Part shown: piece after piece, positions 38,566 through 52,267 of the stretch
Layout: every line of letters begins with the position of its first letter
Position numbering within the stretch: position 1 is the first letter of the stretch
DNA from: Amoeboaphelidium protococcarum X5
Lineage: Eukaryota > Fungi > Aphelidiomycota
DNA: 64,000 nt
NCBI GenBank assembly: GCA_023515725.1
Contig: JALDTO010000266.1
Span: 2,374,217-2,438,216, forward strand
Reading direction: 5' to 3'
Notes under the pieces: model-generated
Seen by the model: the letters and a program-made list of their open reading frames with translations, nothing else
Database searches by the model: none
Told to the model about the DNA's origin: nothing
Position numbers and translations under genes: made by a program

Positions 38566-39092
38566 TATTGAGAAATAGTAGTATTAGTAAACTTAGATAT
38601 CGGAGTGATTACTCGGGAATAGTGCATTGTAGTTATGAACCGTGATATATACCGCTCACCTTGTCGCGGTGGGACACTCATTAAAAACATAATTACTAAA
38701 TTCAGGTAGCGTTTTTATTATAACAGTATAGAAACACACTGTAAATTGGATTGCCCGAAGCTACTTTAAGTTGAGTAGTCGTTGTAACAATAGACCGACG
38801 GTCTCTGGATGATTATGCCTTAAATTTTACTATTTCATTTGCCGCACTGCCATGTAATTCTATAAACTTGACCAATCTTATATCTATATACAAATACACT
38901 AAATAGTCTAATACACATATAGTAAAAGTTCATCTTTGTTGAACGGTATTTATCGGGAATTGTCTCAAGCGAGTCCTTGACTTTTGGCTGCACTTGTTCA
39001 TAATGTCGTTAACTCTTCACTTTTTCTTATTTTCACAGATTTGTCTTTTGAAGCTAAACTTTAATTTGAGCATTGAAAATATAAACTGTACA

Positions 39093-40736
39093 ATGACAAC
39101 CAGCTCTTAGTAAAGCCAAACTAGAGAATTAGTACTGAGGACCTGTGTTGATATTGTAGCGGAATTGATTAAACGCGTAAATGCTGGGTAGAATATCAAT
39201 TTGAATGATGTCAAGAAGTAGGCCGCTTTGAAGAACAGGGCTCCATCTGTACCTCGTCTGGTTGATATCATTGCAGCGATTCCTGAAAAGTATAAGCCTA
39301 AGCTGCTGCCATTGCTCCGCGCTAAGCCTATTAGATCTGCCAGTGGAATTGCAGTCGTCGCCGTGATGTGTAAGCCGCATCGTTGTCCACACATTGCCTA
39401 CACTGGTAATGTGTGCGTATACTGTGCCGGTGGCCCTGACAGTGATTTTGAGTATTCAACGCAGAGTTACACGGGCTATGAGCCTACATCTATGCGCGCC
39501 ATTAGAGCCAGATATGACCCTTTTGAATAGGCTCGTGGTAGAATTGACCAGCTGCGATCGCTCGGACACTCTGTTGATAAGGTGGAGTACATCATAATGG
39601 GCGGTACTTTTATGTCTCTTGATCAGCAGTATCGTGACAATTTTATTATGAAACTGCATGATGCTCTATCTGGTCACCAGTCATCTACTTTGGAAGAAGC
39701 GATCATGATGAGTGAAAGGAGTAATACCAAGTGTATTGGTATCACAATTGAGACGCGTCCAGATTACTGTTTAACTCCGCATATATCTCAAATGCTGATA
39801 TATGGTTGCACTAGACTGGAAATTGGTGTATAATCGGTATATGAAGATGTTGCGCGTGATACGAACCGTGGACATACAGTGCGCTCTGTTTGTGAGTCTT
39901 TTCAACTGGGTAAAGATGCTGGTTACAAGGTTATTGCACATATGATGCCTGACTTGCCTAATGTGGGAGCTGAGAGAGATATTGAGTAGTTTAAAGAGTT
40001 CTTTGAGAATCCAATGTTTCGCGCTGATGGACTGAAGATATATCCAACGCTGGTTATCAGAGGCACTGGATTGTACGAATTATGGAAGACTGGAAGATAT
40101 CAGAATTATCCACCAAATGATCTGGTTGATCTGATTGCGAAAATCTTTGCCCTCATCCCACCATGGACTAGAGTGTATAGAGTTTAGCGTGATATTCCCA
40201 TGCCATTGGTGTCAAATGGAGTCGAGTATGGCAATTTACGTGAGCTGGCTCTGTAGAGAATGAAAGATTTTGGTACAACTTGTCGTGACGTTAGAACAAG
40301 GGAAGTGGGTATTCAAGATATCCATAATAAGATTAAGCCAGATTAGGTGGAGCTGGTCCGCAGAGATTATACTGCCAATGGTGGATGGGAGACGTTTCTG
40401 GCTTATGAGGATCCGCTTTAGGATATACTGATCGGCCTGTTGAGACTGAGAAAGTGTAATCCAACAACGACTTTTCGCCCAGAGTTGAAAGGACAAGTTA
40501 CGTCTATTGTTAGGGAGTTGCATGTCTATGGAAGTACTGTACCTGTGCACAGTCGTGATCCTAAGAAATTTCAGCATCAAGGCTACGGCACAATGTTGAT
40601 GGAAGAGGCTGAGAGAATTGCGCGTGAAGAGCATGGAAGCACTAAGCTTGCAGTTATTGCTGGTGTTGGTACGCGTAACTACTATCGCAAGCTCGGTTAT
40701 GAATTGGATGGCCCATACATGACCAAAATGTTATGA
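39093..40736 (+). CDS. ELP3: Elongator catalytic subunit (radical SAM plus GNAT)
   Basis: '[20 protein letters not shown]', 'EIGVQS' (Q=TAA 39831-39833), 'YRVQRDIP' (Q=TAG) and 'FQHQGYG...GVGTRNYY'. Confidence 0.97.
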
Positions 40737-40846
40737 TTTTAATATTTATTCTCAGTCTTTTTCTTCATATTCTTCTTGGACAGACCCATTTGTTTCTTTA
40801 GCGAAACTTTCTGATTTTCAAAATTCGCCGTCGTATAATCTCTGCC

Positions 40847-42221
40847 ATGGACCATCATAAAACAGAGTGGAGTCAAGTGAAAGTCTCAGCGAAGTCGCGT
40901 TAGACTGTAAATCCTATAAGGAATATTGTGGACAAGTTAAAAGTTGATCCGCTTAGTTCCAAATCTCTTATAAGTTTGTCAATTGGTAAATCTCATCTAT
41001 TCGGACCATTTGAACCATTTCTTAATGATGAACGTTTTTGTAGGAGATCCCACAGTGTTCGGCAACTTTAATCCGCCTGAGCATATTCAAGATGCGACGC
41101 TGTAAATTATTAAGGATGCCAAGCATAATGGCTATTTACCTTCTTTTGGTGATAAAGCAGCGCGCGAAGCTATAGCAAAGTATTAGTCAGTAGAAGGTTT
41201 CGAGTTGAGTGCAGATGATGTGGTGGTAACAAGTGGCTGCTCTGGCGCTCTCGATCTCATCTTTGATTGTCTGTGTGAAGCTGGTAGTAATGTTCTACTA
41301 CCTAAACCTGGATTCTCTCTCTATACTACGCTTGCCTAATCGAAAGGGGTTGAGATCAGGTATTACGATTTGGACCCATCGCGCGGGTGGTAGCTTGATA
41401 TAGAACATGTAAAAAGCCTTTACGACTCCAGAACATCTTTCATATTGGTTAACAATCCTTCTAATCCATGTGGTTCTGTTTATGATGAAAGCCATCTACG
41501 TGAGATATTGTAGACTGCCTCCAATTTGAGATTGCCAGTTGTCGCTGACGAGATTTATGCTCACATGGCTTTTGCACCTAATCGGTTCTACTTCATGGCC
41601 CAGGTGGCAGTGTAGAACGGCATCAAGGCTCCTGTATTAAGTGTTGGCGGTCTGGCCAAGCGGTACATGATACCCGGATGGAGATTGGGATGGATCGCGG
41701 TGTATGATTTATGCAGTTGCCTGGAAGATGTAAAGAGTGGATTAGTTGCATTGAGTTAGCTGATTTTGGGAGCGAATTCCATTACTCAGGCTTTGGTTCC
41801 ACGCTTGCTTAACGATACACCAAAGTCATACTATGAAGGATGCTTAACTTAATTGAAGCAGAACGCGGACCTCTGCGCCCAATTATTATCAAGCTGTGCT
41901 TGTTTGTAGATTGTGTAGCCGTAAGGTGCCATGTATATGATGGTAAGTTTTAGCCTTGAAACGTCTTATAATGTAATTTGTCATGTAATGTAGATTGGAC
42001 TTAAGTTAAACTAATTTAAGGATATTGCTGATGATGCTGACTTTGCAGGCAAACTGTTAGCTGAGGAGAATGTTGTGGTTCTGCCGGGATAGTGCTTCCA
42101 ATTTAAAAACTTTTTTAGACTTGTGGTCACTGTGCCGGAGCCGGTCATGCGGGAGGCTTGCGGTAGAATTATCGACTTCTGCCAGCGTCACCAATCTGTC
42201 GGCAATGGAACGGCTCGTTGA
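40847..42221 (+). CDS. TAT: Tyrosine aminotransferase; introns 40986-41043 and 41943-41993
   Basis: 'NPIRNIVD', 'LSIGDPTVFGN', 'TSGCSGAL', 'NNPSNPCG', 'ADEIY' and the PLP-Lys motif 'GGLAKRYMIPGWRLGW'. Confidence 0.93.
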
Positions 42222-42583
42222 TGAGAGAGTTTCCATCATCGGCCCGTATTTGATCAGCGTTTGTTCTTCCGCGATCCGTAAACATTTTCTCTGCTGGGCG
42301 ATGAGTGAATGAAAGAGTCGACGTTTGTTCTCCAGATTGAGGCCGGCTATGGTTCTCCATGTAAAGTGGATGATTGCACGAGGATATAAATATACTTTTG
42401 ATCAAACAAACACCTTGTTTCGATGATACCGTCAATAACTAGTACACACAAACAATATTGGTTGGTTGTGTTCAGTTCTTGTTCCCCCATTATTGTGTTG
42501 ATATATTTTTATTGTTATTGAGTATCCGCTACAGCTAAAGTGAAAACCGATCTGAAACAACTAATCCGATAACGATGATTTTC

Positions 42584-43474
42584 ATGGTCGATCCACCCAA
42601 GGTGCTTACAACTGCAAGAAAAATTTACGATTTGAAAGATTTGGAACTGCTTGCGTAGATAGCCGTAGAGTTGAATATACATGACTTGCCATCTGTGCGG
42701 AAGGGGTTCCTGCAAGCGGCTGAGCAGGCTGGTATGCGTGGGTTCTGCGCGCGCCTTTGCCAGTTGCACCGAGAAATCGTGGGCAGAAAACAAGTATCAT
42801 TGAGCACTGAATACGATCCCTTCTGTACAAGAGAAATTAAACCTGTTGAAACTGGTAAATTGTCTAGCTTGAGTCTGATTCTTAATCATAGTCGCTCCGA
42901 TGTTAGGCAGTCAACGGTTAAAGCTGATTTGGAATCAATGGTAAAAAGTCCATCAAAGTCATTGCAAAGATCATCTCACAGCCGATTGTCTCTTGGATCA
43001 AAGTCTTTTGTCAATTATCCAGATGTTCAGAAAGGTGACACGTCACACAGTGTGAAAAAGCATTAGTCGTTTAGCTTGGCACCGTCGTTCGCGGCCACAT
43101 CAATGCGAAGTTGGCGTCTGCGACATATCTAAAACCTGAATGCAACTGCTCGTTCCAGTGCACCTTATGAATCTACTGCATCTACTGTTTCAAAGTAACG
43201 ATTGATGAATGCTCCCAGCCGAAGTTCTCTACTCAATTTGAATCTGAACAGTCGTGCTACGGCAATTGACTCTTTTGAGAGCGCTTTCGAAGACGAAGAT
43301 GAAATGGTTTTTGAAGCTGCAGCGTCATAAAGATCTCCTCCGCAATCTTACATATCACAATATGAGTCTTCATTGAAAAAGTTGATGGAAGAAGCGAAGA
43401 AGATTAATGCTGAAATAAGTGCCAAGCTTCACGGCACTGATGTCTTGCCTACTAAGATCAATAAAGCAATCTGA
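42584..43474 (+). CDS. Hypothetical Ser-rich protein (296 aa)
   Basis: ATG-TGA frame under table 6 extending track ORF 42671-43066 in both directions. No recognised domain. Confidence 0.65.
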
Positions 43475-43597
43475 GTGTGCAGAGGTCGGTGATATCATTC
43501 TTACGACGCGATAGATGTTTTAGGATTTTAATAAAGCCGCGATATGAACGATTTTAGATAAAGTTAGAGTAATAGAATTGTAGATTTTAATTTAGAA

Positions 43598-44959
43598 TCA
43601 ATTTTCTATTGACAGCATCGATATTATAGCACTAAGGTCCGACTGCGAACTCAGCGTAACTGAGCCTTAAACAGTTGACTAACCAGTGATAGTGTTACAT
43701 TCTTTCGACACCAGAAGCTGAGAATGACCATCGTTCAACAGGACTGAGTGTTCCTCGACATCATATACTCCAGTAATCCAGTAATCATCACCTGAAATAG
43801 TATGCCGTGATAGCAAATCCAAAGACCCTGGGATTTGAGAAGTCTCACTTGCATTCAGACGCGAGATCTGAGCTTCCAGAGACTTGTTACACCGAGCTAA
43901 TCTCTTATCGCAAAAAGTCATGATTAAGTTTTGTGACCCTGGCTATGAGGCCATTTATAGATATAATTTCTGGCCACGTTTATCAGAGAGACGAAGTCTA
44001 CTATACAATTTCGTCTACCACTCAGACAAGTTACCTTATTCTAACCGGCAATAAGGTTCTAAAGCGGGGATGAATAGTCCAGCTCTACCCTTGCTTTATA
44101 CACCTAATTCAATGCTTTAATAGACATCAGACGCCAACAAAACGCGCCCCAGCTAAATCACTACCGCATCTTATTACTTGTAATCGTTTAATACAGATTC
44201 CAACGATTCCGTGATAATACTAGCGCCAGGTACTTATGAATTCAACTTTGCAAAATAATTGGGCTAAAGTACATCGTGATAAGGCAGCATATGTACATCG
44301 GGAGGCACATGTACATTTAAACCATTCTGAACTAAATGAAAGGCATCCAACAGATCAGAAAGAGCACTACTAGCCGTCTCTAGAGAGTTAGATATCACAC
44401 GAATACGATAGTTCGCGTCAAAATCTATTAGAGATTGGTCAGCAAATAGTGACGGTAAATGCTACTTCCAAATAGGCGAGAGCTCAGATATGGGAGGAAA
44501 CTCGTAAAACTTCTCAGAAATTTGCAAATATTATCCTAATTATGCTTCAACTAAGGCGAGAGATCGCTCAGGTCCAACCAACTCTATAGAATTATTAATC
44601 AATTACAATTATACTCCATGCTTCTATGCAAACTATTACGCACTCACGCATTTAAACGCGTCAAAAAACTTTCTCTACAGCTGCGACAATTGAATACTTT
44701 TTTAAATTTTGATATTAGACACTAATCCCATGTGGCTTCTTATTCTATTGACCATTTACAACTTTGATCCCGCCTGAGAGAGCTTGTGAGCCTTGAGATA
44801 TTCACGCAAAAGTACAGCGGAGAATGCTTTAGCACTTTATTAAGGCTATTACTATGGTATTAAACTCATTACATCGTCTACAGTCAGTGGCTTACTCTTC
44901 AGTAATGTTTTAATATCATGGGTATAACGACGGCAACATCTCATCCAAATCAGTGCCAT
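43598..44959 (-). CDS. Hypothetical protein (453 aa) with an N-terminal SAP-like motif; possibly mitochondrial Sls1-like
   Basis: Long uninterrupted frame. Basic presequence-like start MALIWMRCCRRY and 'LLREYLKAHKLSQAGSKLQMVNRI'. Confidence 0.65.
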
Positions 44960-45025
44960 TTTCTCTCTCAGTATTTTCATTCATAATAGAGCGAAAACAG
45001 TAAAAAGTCTACGAGCCGTAAAATA

Positions 45026-45535
45026 ATGATGCTGGATTAAGATTAAATATTAGATATTCTGGATATGGCGCGTTACAATGAGATATATGATCTTTAAGTG
45101 CTACTCAATACACTTTTGAAAGATGGTGTCGGTATCCAAGATATTGTGGATGAGGACTCTGGAAACACTCCGCTTCATATGGCGGCCGCAAATGGACATT
45201 TACAAATAATTTAATGTCTCGTTGATGGTGTAAAAGATTTGTCCATGAGGACACAATATATAAACTTTAAAAATAAAGGTGGTAATGCTGCTCTACATTG
45301 GGCATGCATGAATGGCCACGCGTCCGTGGTGGAATTTCTGCTGAAGAACAATGCTGACGCTGATGCGAAAAACAACTATGACCGCAGTGCCTTGTATTAC
45401 GCGTTCTAGTGCGGTAAAGAAGATGTCAAAGACCTTATATTATAATCTATAAAAATGGAGAATGAAGAGGAATGTCCCGAATCTGTTGAAGAGATTAAGG
45501 AAGAAGAAGAAGATGTGAATGAAGTTGTCCGGTGA
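45026..45535 (+). CDS. YAR1: Ankyrin-repeat protein, Yar1-like (169 aa)
   Basis: 'ILDMARYNE', 'GNTPLHMAAANGH', 'GNAALHWACMNGH' and an acidic tail. Confidence 0.8.
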
Positions 45536-45722
45536 CGACATTTAGAAATTTTAAATGTGGAATTTTAATGAGTTTCTTCTTGCTTTAGACTAGTGTAGAT
45601 ATCAAACACGTCTAGAATTGTAAATGCTTCTTTTCTGTTTCAGAGTTCAAATATTCAAGTAGAGTACTTTTTAAGGTTCAATTACATATCATTCATACAT
45701 CCCTCATTACCACCGTCTCAAT

Positions 45723-46631
45723 ATGTCTGTTCAGCAGAAATTAGATAAGGACGTTCTGTTTGTAAATTTGCCCAGTAATACCGGGTCAAGACGCGTCGAA
45801 CTGTGGGCATTAGACTAACTGAGAAGAACCAAGTCGATGGATTACGAATTGACTGTGCTCACACCTTTATCAGAAGTTGTAAGAAGAGGTATGTAAGATT
45901 AGGCACGTAAGCAAGGGCCTGACAATAAGTGCTCAGTAGTGCCTGATGACTCTGTGAGTGTAATGGCCGAGCGTCGTTATTTGTAACAATTGGCTGTGCC
46001 GCAAAATGGGAAGTCTGAAACGAAACCGAATCGTACGCGTAGCTGGTTAGAATAGGAACAATCTGGAGCTAAGCAAGTGCAAGCTCAAAAGTAAGTTGCA
46101 GTGAGTAAGTAACCAGCTGTAGTGATAGCATCTCAGCCTAATATTACTAATGCTCCGGTAAAGAGCAAAAAGCCAACAGCTCTGAAGGATGCTACCAATA
46201 TTGAGAAGAAGATCAGAAATGTTGATCTGAAAGAGAAAAAGGCGAAACCGATAACTCAAAACAGATAGGCTGACAACAGCATCAATGAGAAAACGAAACG
46301 CATTAAACGTATGCTGAAGTTGAAGTCCTCGCCGGATCTTGGCCAATAGTAGAAGGACTAGATTGATATGTATCGCTATCAACAATTACAACTGGAAAGT
46401 CAGCGCGTTGACGAGTATAGAAACAAGAATCAAGGAGCAAGTAGAAACGTATACGATTCCGTGTTGGATGATATTTTTGAATCTGATCTGGACAACTTGG
46501 CAATTAAGAACAAGAAGACTGTATACTCTCCTAGTAATGTTAAGCACAATGACTTCGTACCTCCTGACTTCAGCTGGGTAGGATCTATCGAGTACGAGTT
46601 CCCCATACTATTCAAGTAAAAGAGACGTTGA
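45723..46631 (+). CDS. Hypothetical Lys/Gln-rich protein (302 aa)
   Basis: ATG-TGA frame under table 6 containing track ORF 46368-46619. No recognised domain. Confidence 0.65.
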
Positions 46632-46695
46632 ACAATTTGATCCACGGGCGTGACATAGCATTGAAATAAAACTGGGTAACATCTATCTATTAACA

Positions 46696-47493
46696 TCATT
46701 TTGAATCATTGGATACCTTCTTGAAAACTCCCTGTAAGAATAATCTCTATGCATCAAGTCCCTATTTCCTGTTAACAGTTCTTGAGCTAACAACTTCTGT
46801 ATTAACAACTTCAAAGCCAGCCTCTTTGAATAAATCTTCTAATTCAGCTTGTTGAAAAAAATACGAAAGAGTACCATCTTGTCGAAGATACAAATTTCTC
46901 TCAATACATTTTGGGTCCTGGCTAGTTTCAAATCTATGCTACGCGTAATCACCAACCGCGTAATCTCTAAATATCACAATACCACCTTCAGCTAATACCT
47001 GGTGCATATTTTCCAACGCTTTTGATAACTAAGAAGGTTGTAACGCACTTAACACAAATATCATTGAGCATAAATTTATGGATTCAGCAGGAACATATTC
47101 TTTGAAAGGCTAATCAGCAGTGATATCTGCAACAAACGCGTGACATTTGTCATTATTGTACATATCATTAGCTTTAAACAACTCGATAGCTTTAGGAGCA
47201 TAATCGCAAGCGTAGAATTCAATATCCATATCTTCTACCTTCTACGTCTCTTGCATGATGGGATACACAAAATTTCCCACTCCGCAGCCAATCTCAAAAA
47301 CACGCTGCTTCTTCAGCTTTGACGCTTCAAGCACATTTTACAGATCTTTGAATTCATTCAAAGTCCAATGTCGATCCCGGAAAAAGTTGCAAGTATTATT
47401 CTTGTAGAATATGTTCCAGTACTTGCTAGGATTCGACAAAAATCGTTTCTTGTTATAGTCTGATACCAGATTGGCACTCGAGTTCTCAGTCAT
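46696..47493 (-). CDS. METTL6: tRNA m3C32 methyltransferase, METTL6/Trm141-like (265 aa)
   Basis: 'KYWNIFYKNN...FFRDRHW', 'FEIGCGVGN', 'IFVLSAL', 'FRDYAVGD' and 'YLRQDGTLSYFF'. Confidence 0.88.
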
Positions 47494-47889
47494 TTTACGC
47501 CTATAATTGTTGAATCAGTTAAAACAAAATCAGTCTTTTGCGGTGTTTTCAGGATACAAAACGGGCACGATCACCTGCATTACAAACCTGAGGATTAAAA
47601 CAGTGCCATCGAAAAAAGGCTTATAAAAGGAAATTATCATTAAAGTTTTTAGTTTAATCTGCTTAACAGGAACTAGAATCTATGACAGGCTGTCAGGTTG
47701 TATTCATCTGAAACAATCAAGCAGCGAGCTTGCAGTGTGTAATGTTTGCGATAGAGCGAGCGCGTATTGTCTTAAGGTTGGCTTCGGTTATTTTCATCCA
47801 ATCAATTCAATTTTTCTTACGCGCTCACCTCTCGCCATTCAATTATTGATATCTGTACAGCACAAGAAAATAAATAAAGTCCAGTGAAA

Positions 47890-48423
47890 ATGTCATAGCC
47901 TAGATTTAAAGAGTATTAGGTGGTTGGACGTATGCTGCCTAGCGAGAAGCTGCCTCAGCCAAAATTGTACCGTATGCGTCTATTCGCTCCTAATGAGGTG
48001 GTGGCAAAGTCGCGTTTTTGGTACTTTCTAAAGAAATTGAAGCGTGTGAAAAAGGCTAATGGTGAGATTGTGTCTGTTAACTAGATTCATGAGAAGGACA
48101 CCTTTGTAAAGAACTTTGGAGTATGGCTGCGTTATGACAGTAGAAGTGGAACCCACAATATGTACAAGGAGTACAGAAGCACCACGCGTGTTGGCGCCGT
48201 TCACAACTGCTACCAGGAAATGGCTAGCCGTCATCGTGCCCGCTTCCACACAATCCACATCATCAAGGTGGCTGAGGTGAAGGCTGCTGATCTGCGTAGA
48301 CCATTCATGAAGCAGTTGATTGATCCTAAGCTCAAATTTCCATTGCCTCACCGTGTTGCACGCGCTCCAAGCCGTACTTACAAGTCACTGTTTTTGGGTG
48401 TTAGACCAACTACCTGCATTTGA
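47890..48423 (+). CDS. RPL20: 60S ribosomal protein eL20 (L18a/L20)
   Basis: 'EYQVVGR' (Q=TAG), '[21 protein letters not shown]', '[15 protein letters not shown]' and 'KFPLPHR'. Confidence 0.97.
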
Positions 48424-48484
48424 ACATTGAACTCGGTGAATATGGATAATTCTTATATTATACATGGTATATTTCGTTTTTATA

Positions 48485-49525
48485 TCATTTTTAGATTTTA
48501 AACATTGCTATGGAATTCAGCTCGCTTGTATTTGCGCCAAAAACCTCAACTGCCCTATGTAATACTTTTTCATTTAGGTGAATTCGTTCATACCGAAGTT
48601 GGGACTATTACAACGCCTCCATAAATACTTAAAACGTATCTTCTCGGCGAATGACTACTGAGATGAAGGCAATGCAAGAAGGTCGACTTGATAGAAGCAG
48701 TTTTAGAGCTTTTATTAAAGAGCGTGCCAACTAAGGATCATAAGCGCAGTCACATGAAAATATGAAGTCTTGACAAGCATCCCCTTATAATAGCATTTTC
48801 CCAGTACTAAAGTCGATCTGATTGAAATCCAATTACACAAACTAATAGCGTGATAAATTGGCAACTTGGTTCATGTTCTACTTGCAAATATCCAAGACTT
48901 GAGTGTCACAGTCTAGAAGGGCCATACTCCATCGTGATACTTAGGCATTACAGCTCAGGATATGATCAGTAACAAGTCCGAGCAGACCAACACCACAACC
49001 GAGCTCTAAAATGTTTATTGAGGTGTCAGAAAAATCGGATCCGATATGTTCTGGGAGCATCTCAATACAATAGGCAGCGAAAACTCTCGATGCTGTCCAC
49101 AGCGAATATCCTGTACATCCATTAGATAGTAAATCACTCGAAACGCGTAACGAAATGCTCCGACAATTCGATATAGACCAAGAGCCACTGAAGCCATCCA
49201 TTGGCAAGTAAAAAAGTAATTACTACCAGTTATCATCTTAATTACGCAAAGAATCAATACAAAACAATGATGCAACAGACTCTGTTAACGTCTCGTCCGC
49301 ATGATCCTCACCAATCAAAGTCAAATAGCTTTTCAAAACTCGCCGCGAGTATGCCAAATTAAAGTTACCATCATTTGACATGCACTGCTCCACGATGAAT
49401 AACTATACCTCACATGCTCTTAATTCTTCGAGCGTCATACCATTCCATACATCTTGTTCCCGTAATCTTAAGCCGAATCTTCGCTGAAACTTGTCAAATA
49501 TTTCATTAATCGCGTTTTAGTCCAT
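48485..49525 (-). CDS. Family-16 protein-lysine methyltransferase, EFM3/EEF2KMT-like (346 aa)
   Basis: 'GCTGYSLWTAS', 'ILELGCGVGLLG', 'QLDF' and 'SCDCAYDP', preceded by a FAM86-like N-terminal region. Confidence 0.8.
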
Positions 49526-49612
49526 CAGTATTTCCGCCTATTCAAACACCGTGAGAAAAAAAGTAAAAAATATGATTTTCAAATGTAATAGAAAACAAGA
49601 GTATATTAAATT

Positions 49613-49957
49613 TCACTTTTCGATTTTAGATATAGTGGCATCCTTGAGATCGGAATAGTATAAATTTTTTAAATCCTGATCTTCAGTCTTGAACGGATAT
49701 TTAGTAAAACGACTCAGATTCTTCCCCCAGCGATCGTGCTGGTGGGCCAGGTCCTTTAGAGTCTGAGCCTCTTTATGATTAACCACAGCCTAATGTCCCT
49801 TCTAGTTCTGAATGGCGTACCATTAATCTTTTTGCAAATTGACGCGGGAATCACGCAATTGCTGCACAGGTGGTAAGCGACGAAACATTGATCTCCACCC
49901 TTGAGGCACTGCATTAACCATCGCAATCAGAATCAATATACTTGCAAGAACTTTCAT
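49613..49957 (-). CDS. Small secreted protein (114 aa) of unknown function
   Basis: ATG-TGA frame under table 6 with signal-peptide-like MKVLASILILIAMVNA-VP. Not in the ORF track. Confidence 0.65.
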
Positions 49958-50270
49958 TTTACAGCTAAACTTCCTTTTTAAAATACAACTGTATAAATTA
50001 CGAGCAGACTAATAGAAAGAATAAGCAATTATATGAAATGTTTTGATCTTTATGGGAATATTGAGATTCGAAAACAACCCCTTTGATCAGACACGAGTTA
50101 AGAAACTGCTAGGTTCTCCTGTTTATTTGGAAGATTGACATAACGGAGCCACCAAAGGTATTAATAGAGCAATTATAATAATTCTGAAAACTGCAATTGA
50201 ATTTTAACTTAATCATCATCATATAATCTATATTACAAGCTACTGATCAACAGTGGCGTTAAATCACAAT

Positions 50271-51737
50271 TCACTTCAATTTACTAGATGTGGGAACATC
50301 GTAGCCGTATAAACACACGCTCAAAATCACCAGCAATGCACCTAGAGCAAAGGATAAAGATGGCACAAATCCAAATATTAGTATGGACAACAGAGATGAC
50401 AGTATGATAGATACTGAAGTAGCGAATCCTTTGAGAATGTTATCAGCATATTTGACAACCATAGCGACAATCAGTCCACCTAGAGCCTGATTTAACACGA
50501 CCAAGCACTCATTAGTACCAAAGCCCACGAACCAGCCTTTAGTCTATAATTTATGGAGATCATCAGAAGATAGCAGAATGGTGATAAATGAGAAGAATGA
50601 CCCGAAAAGTCCCAACTGTATATTCCTAACCCAAATGTCAGCGTTACTCTTCTTGAGCTATTTCTCAAAATAAACTCCGGCGAACCCAGAAGAGAAACAC
50701 GCCATCAAAACACTTCCTATACCTAAAAGAGTATTCTGATATAATTGTTACTTATTACCAGCGGGATAATCTTCAGATGCAATTGCATTACTCAGCTCGG
50801 AATTTCTGCGCAATACGAGGTCAACACCTCGCTTCCAAAACTTTGCACCAGCTTAAACCATAGTTTTTTGAAAAGTATCAAGTTTAACCGCTATCCGACT
50901 ATTAATTCTTTTGCTATTGACTATAGCGCCAGTAGAGGAAGGCGAAGATGGAGAGGTGGAAGATGATTAGGAGCTACTACTGCCCATATTCACGAAAGAG
51001 ATACCAACCATGAGAAGAAACAGTGCCAACCATTTATACATCCCCCTCCGACCATAGAAAGTGACACGCTTCTCTGGGAAATAAATCATGGTAAACATTG
51101 CGGTGGTAAATATCTTGAGTTGATACGTGACTTGAAAGAGCGGAGCTTCCAGATGCTTTAACGCCAGATATAAAAGATTATTCTAAATTGCATAGAGGAA
51201 CGACGGTATAATGAGGAGGAGCGTTGATTGCGACCAGATTTCGGATCTCATTAGTCTAACAAAACTATGAATGGACGCCGATTTCACAAAAACAACAAGC
51301 AGGCAGGTGATCAGCTTCACTAGTTCCATATAAAACACGGCTGCCGATGGGACATATTTATCAGCCGCCTTATCCGCGTCGCTGTGACTAGTAAGAGTGT
51401 ATCGCATCAACAGCACCAAGGCGGTATTCTACACTACCAAAATACCGAGAGCGAAATACTTCATCAATGGATTATGATTATTTACACCCAGCTATTTATC
51501 TTTAAATTCAAAGCCATTTTATTTCAGAGATGCAGATGGGTCATCAGGAATTCCAAGCACAGTTTAAGATCTCTAAGAGTCATTGTTATTAGATTGCGAT
51601 TACTACTATAACTATGAAACTCTCTGCACAGGAACGTACTGATTACTCTGCATATAAGTGCCCATCTAGAATTGCTAAGACTGCGGAGTGATATAGCTGA
51701 CATCCTTAATGTTCTTATTTCTCACAGGAGACTCCAT
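50271..51737 (-). CDS. Nucleotide-sugar transporter, SLC35A (UDP-Gal/UDP-GlcNAc) family
   Basis: '[21 protein letters not shown]', 'PSFLYAIQNNL', 'FQVTYQLKI', '[10 protein letters not shown]' and '[15 protein letters not shown]'. The start could instead be the ATG at 51665 or 51653. Confidence 0.9.
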
Positions 51738-52267
51738 TCCAAAATTAGATATCTTTTATCGCTATTAGTATTAGCACTCCAGATAGGTAGACAGACAGAT
51801 ACTATGCTACTCTATTTGTGCAAGAGATGTGCTGTAGATTGAAGAGAGAAAATCAAACAGAAATTTTTATTTTTCCCGCGCCGAACGGACGATCGAAACA
51901 GCGTGCGGCCGATTCAGTTCCCTTTCCGAGGCAAGCTGTAATTGATGATGACAAATGGACGCGAGCACGTCACTCTTTAGACGAATCTGGTAATACTGTA
52001 TGTTACTCGGTGTTTTAGATGTGATTACGCTGTTGACTCATGTTTCACTATTATAATTAAAATGTTCTATGCTTCCACTGATACCGTTTCAAATCAGAAA
52101 ATGTTCGTTTTCATTACTTTCTCCTAATGTAAAGAATGGAATGGTCCACTCTGTAACTTTTCCTTCTTTTTTGTTCAGATAGATTGTAGCTGTTAGTTCA
52201 CTTCTTTTTTAGAACTTTTTTAAATATATCTGTTCTATTTTCTCTGAATAATTTATTAAAATATAAA

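Noticed and set aside
42240-42440. Possible ncRNA or SECIS after the TAT TGA-TGA (short repeat CGTTTGTTCT twice)
   Set aside because: No convincing C/D, H/ACA or SECIS structure, and TAT ends at its normal C-terminus.
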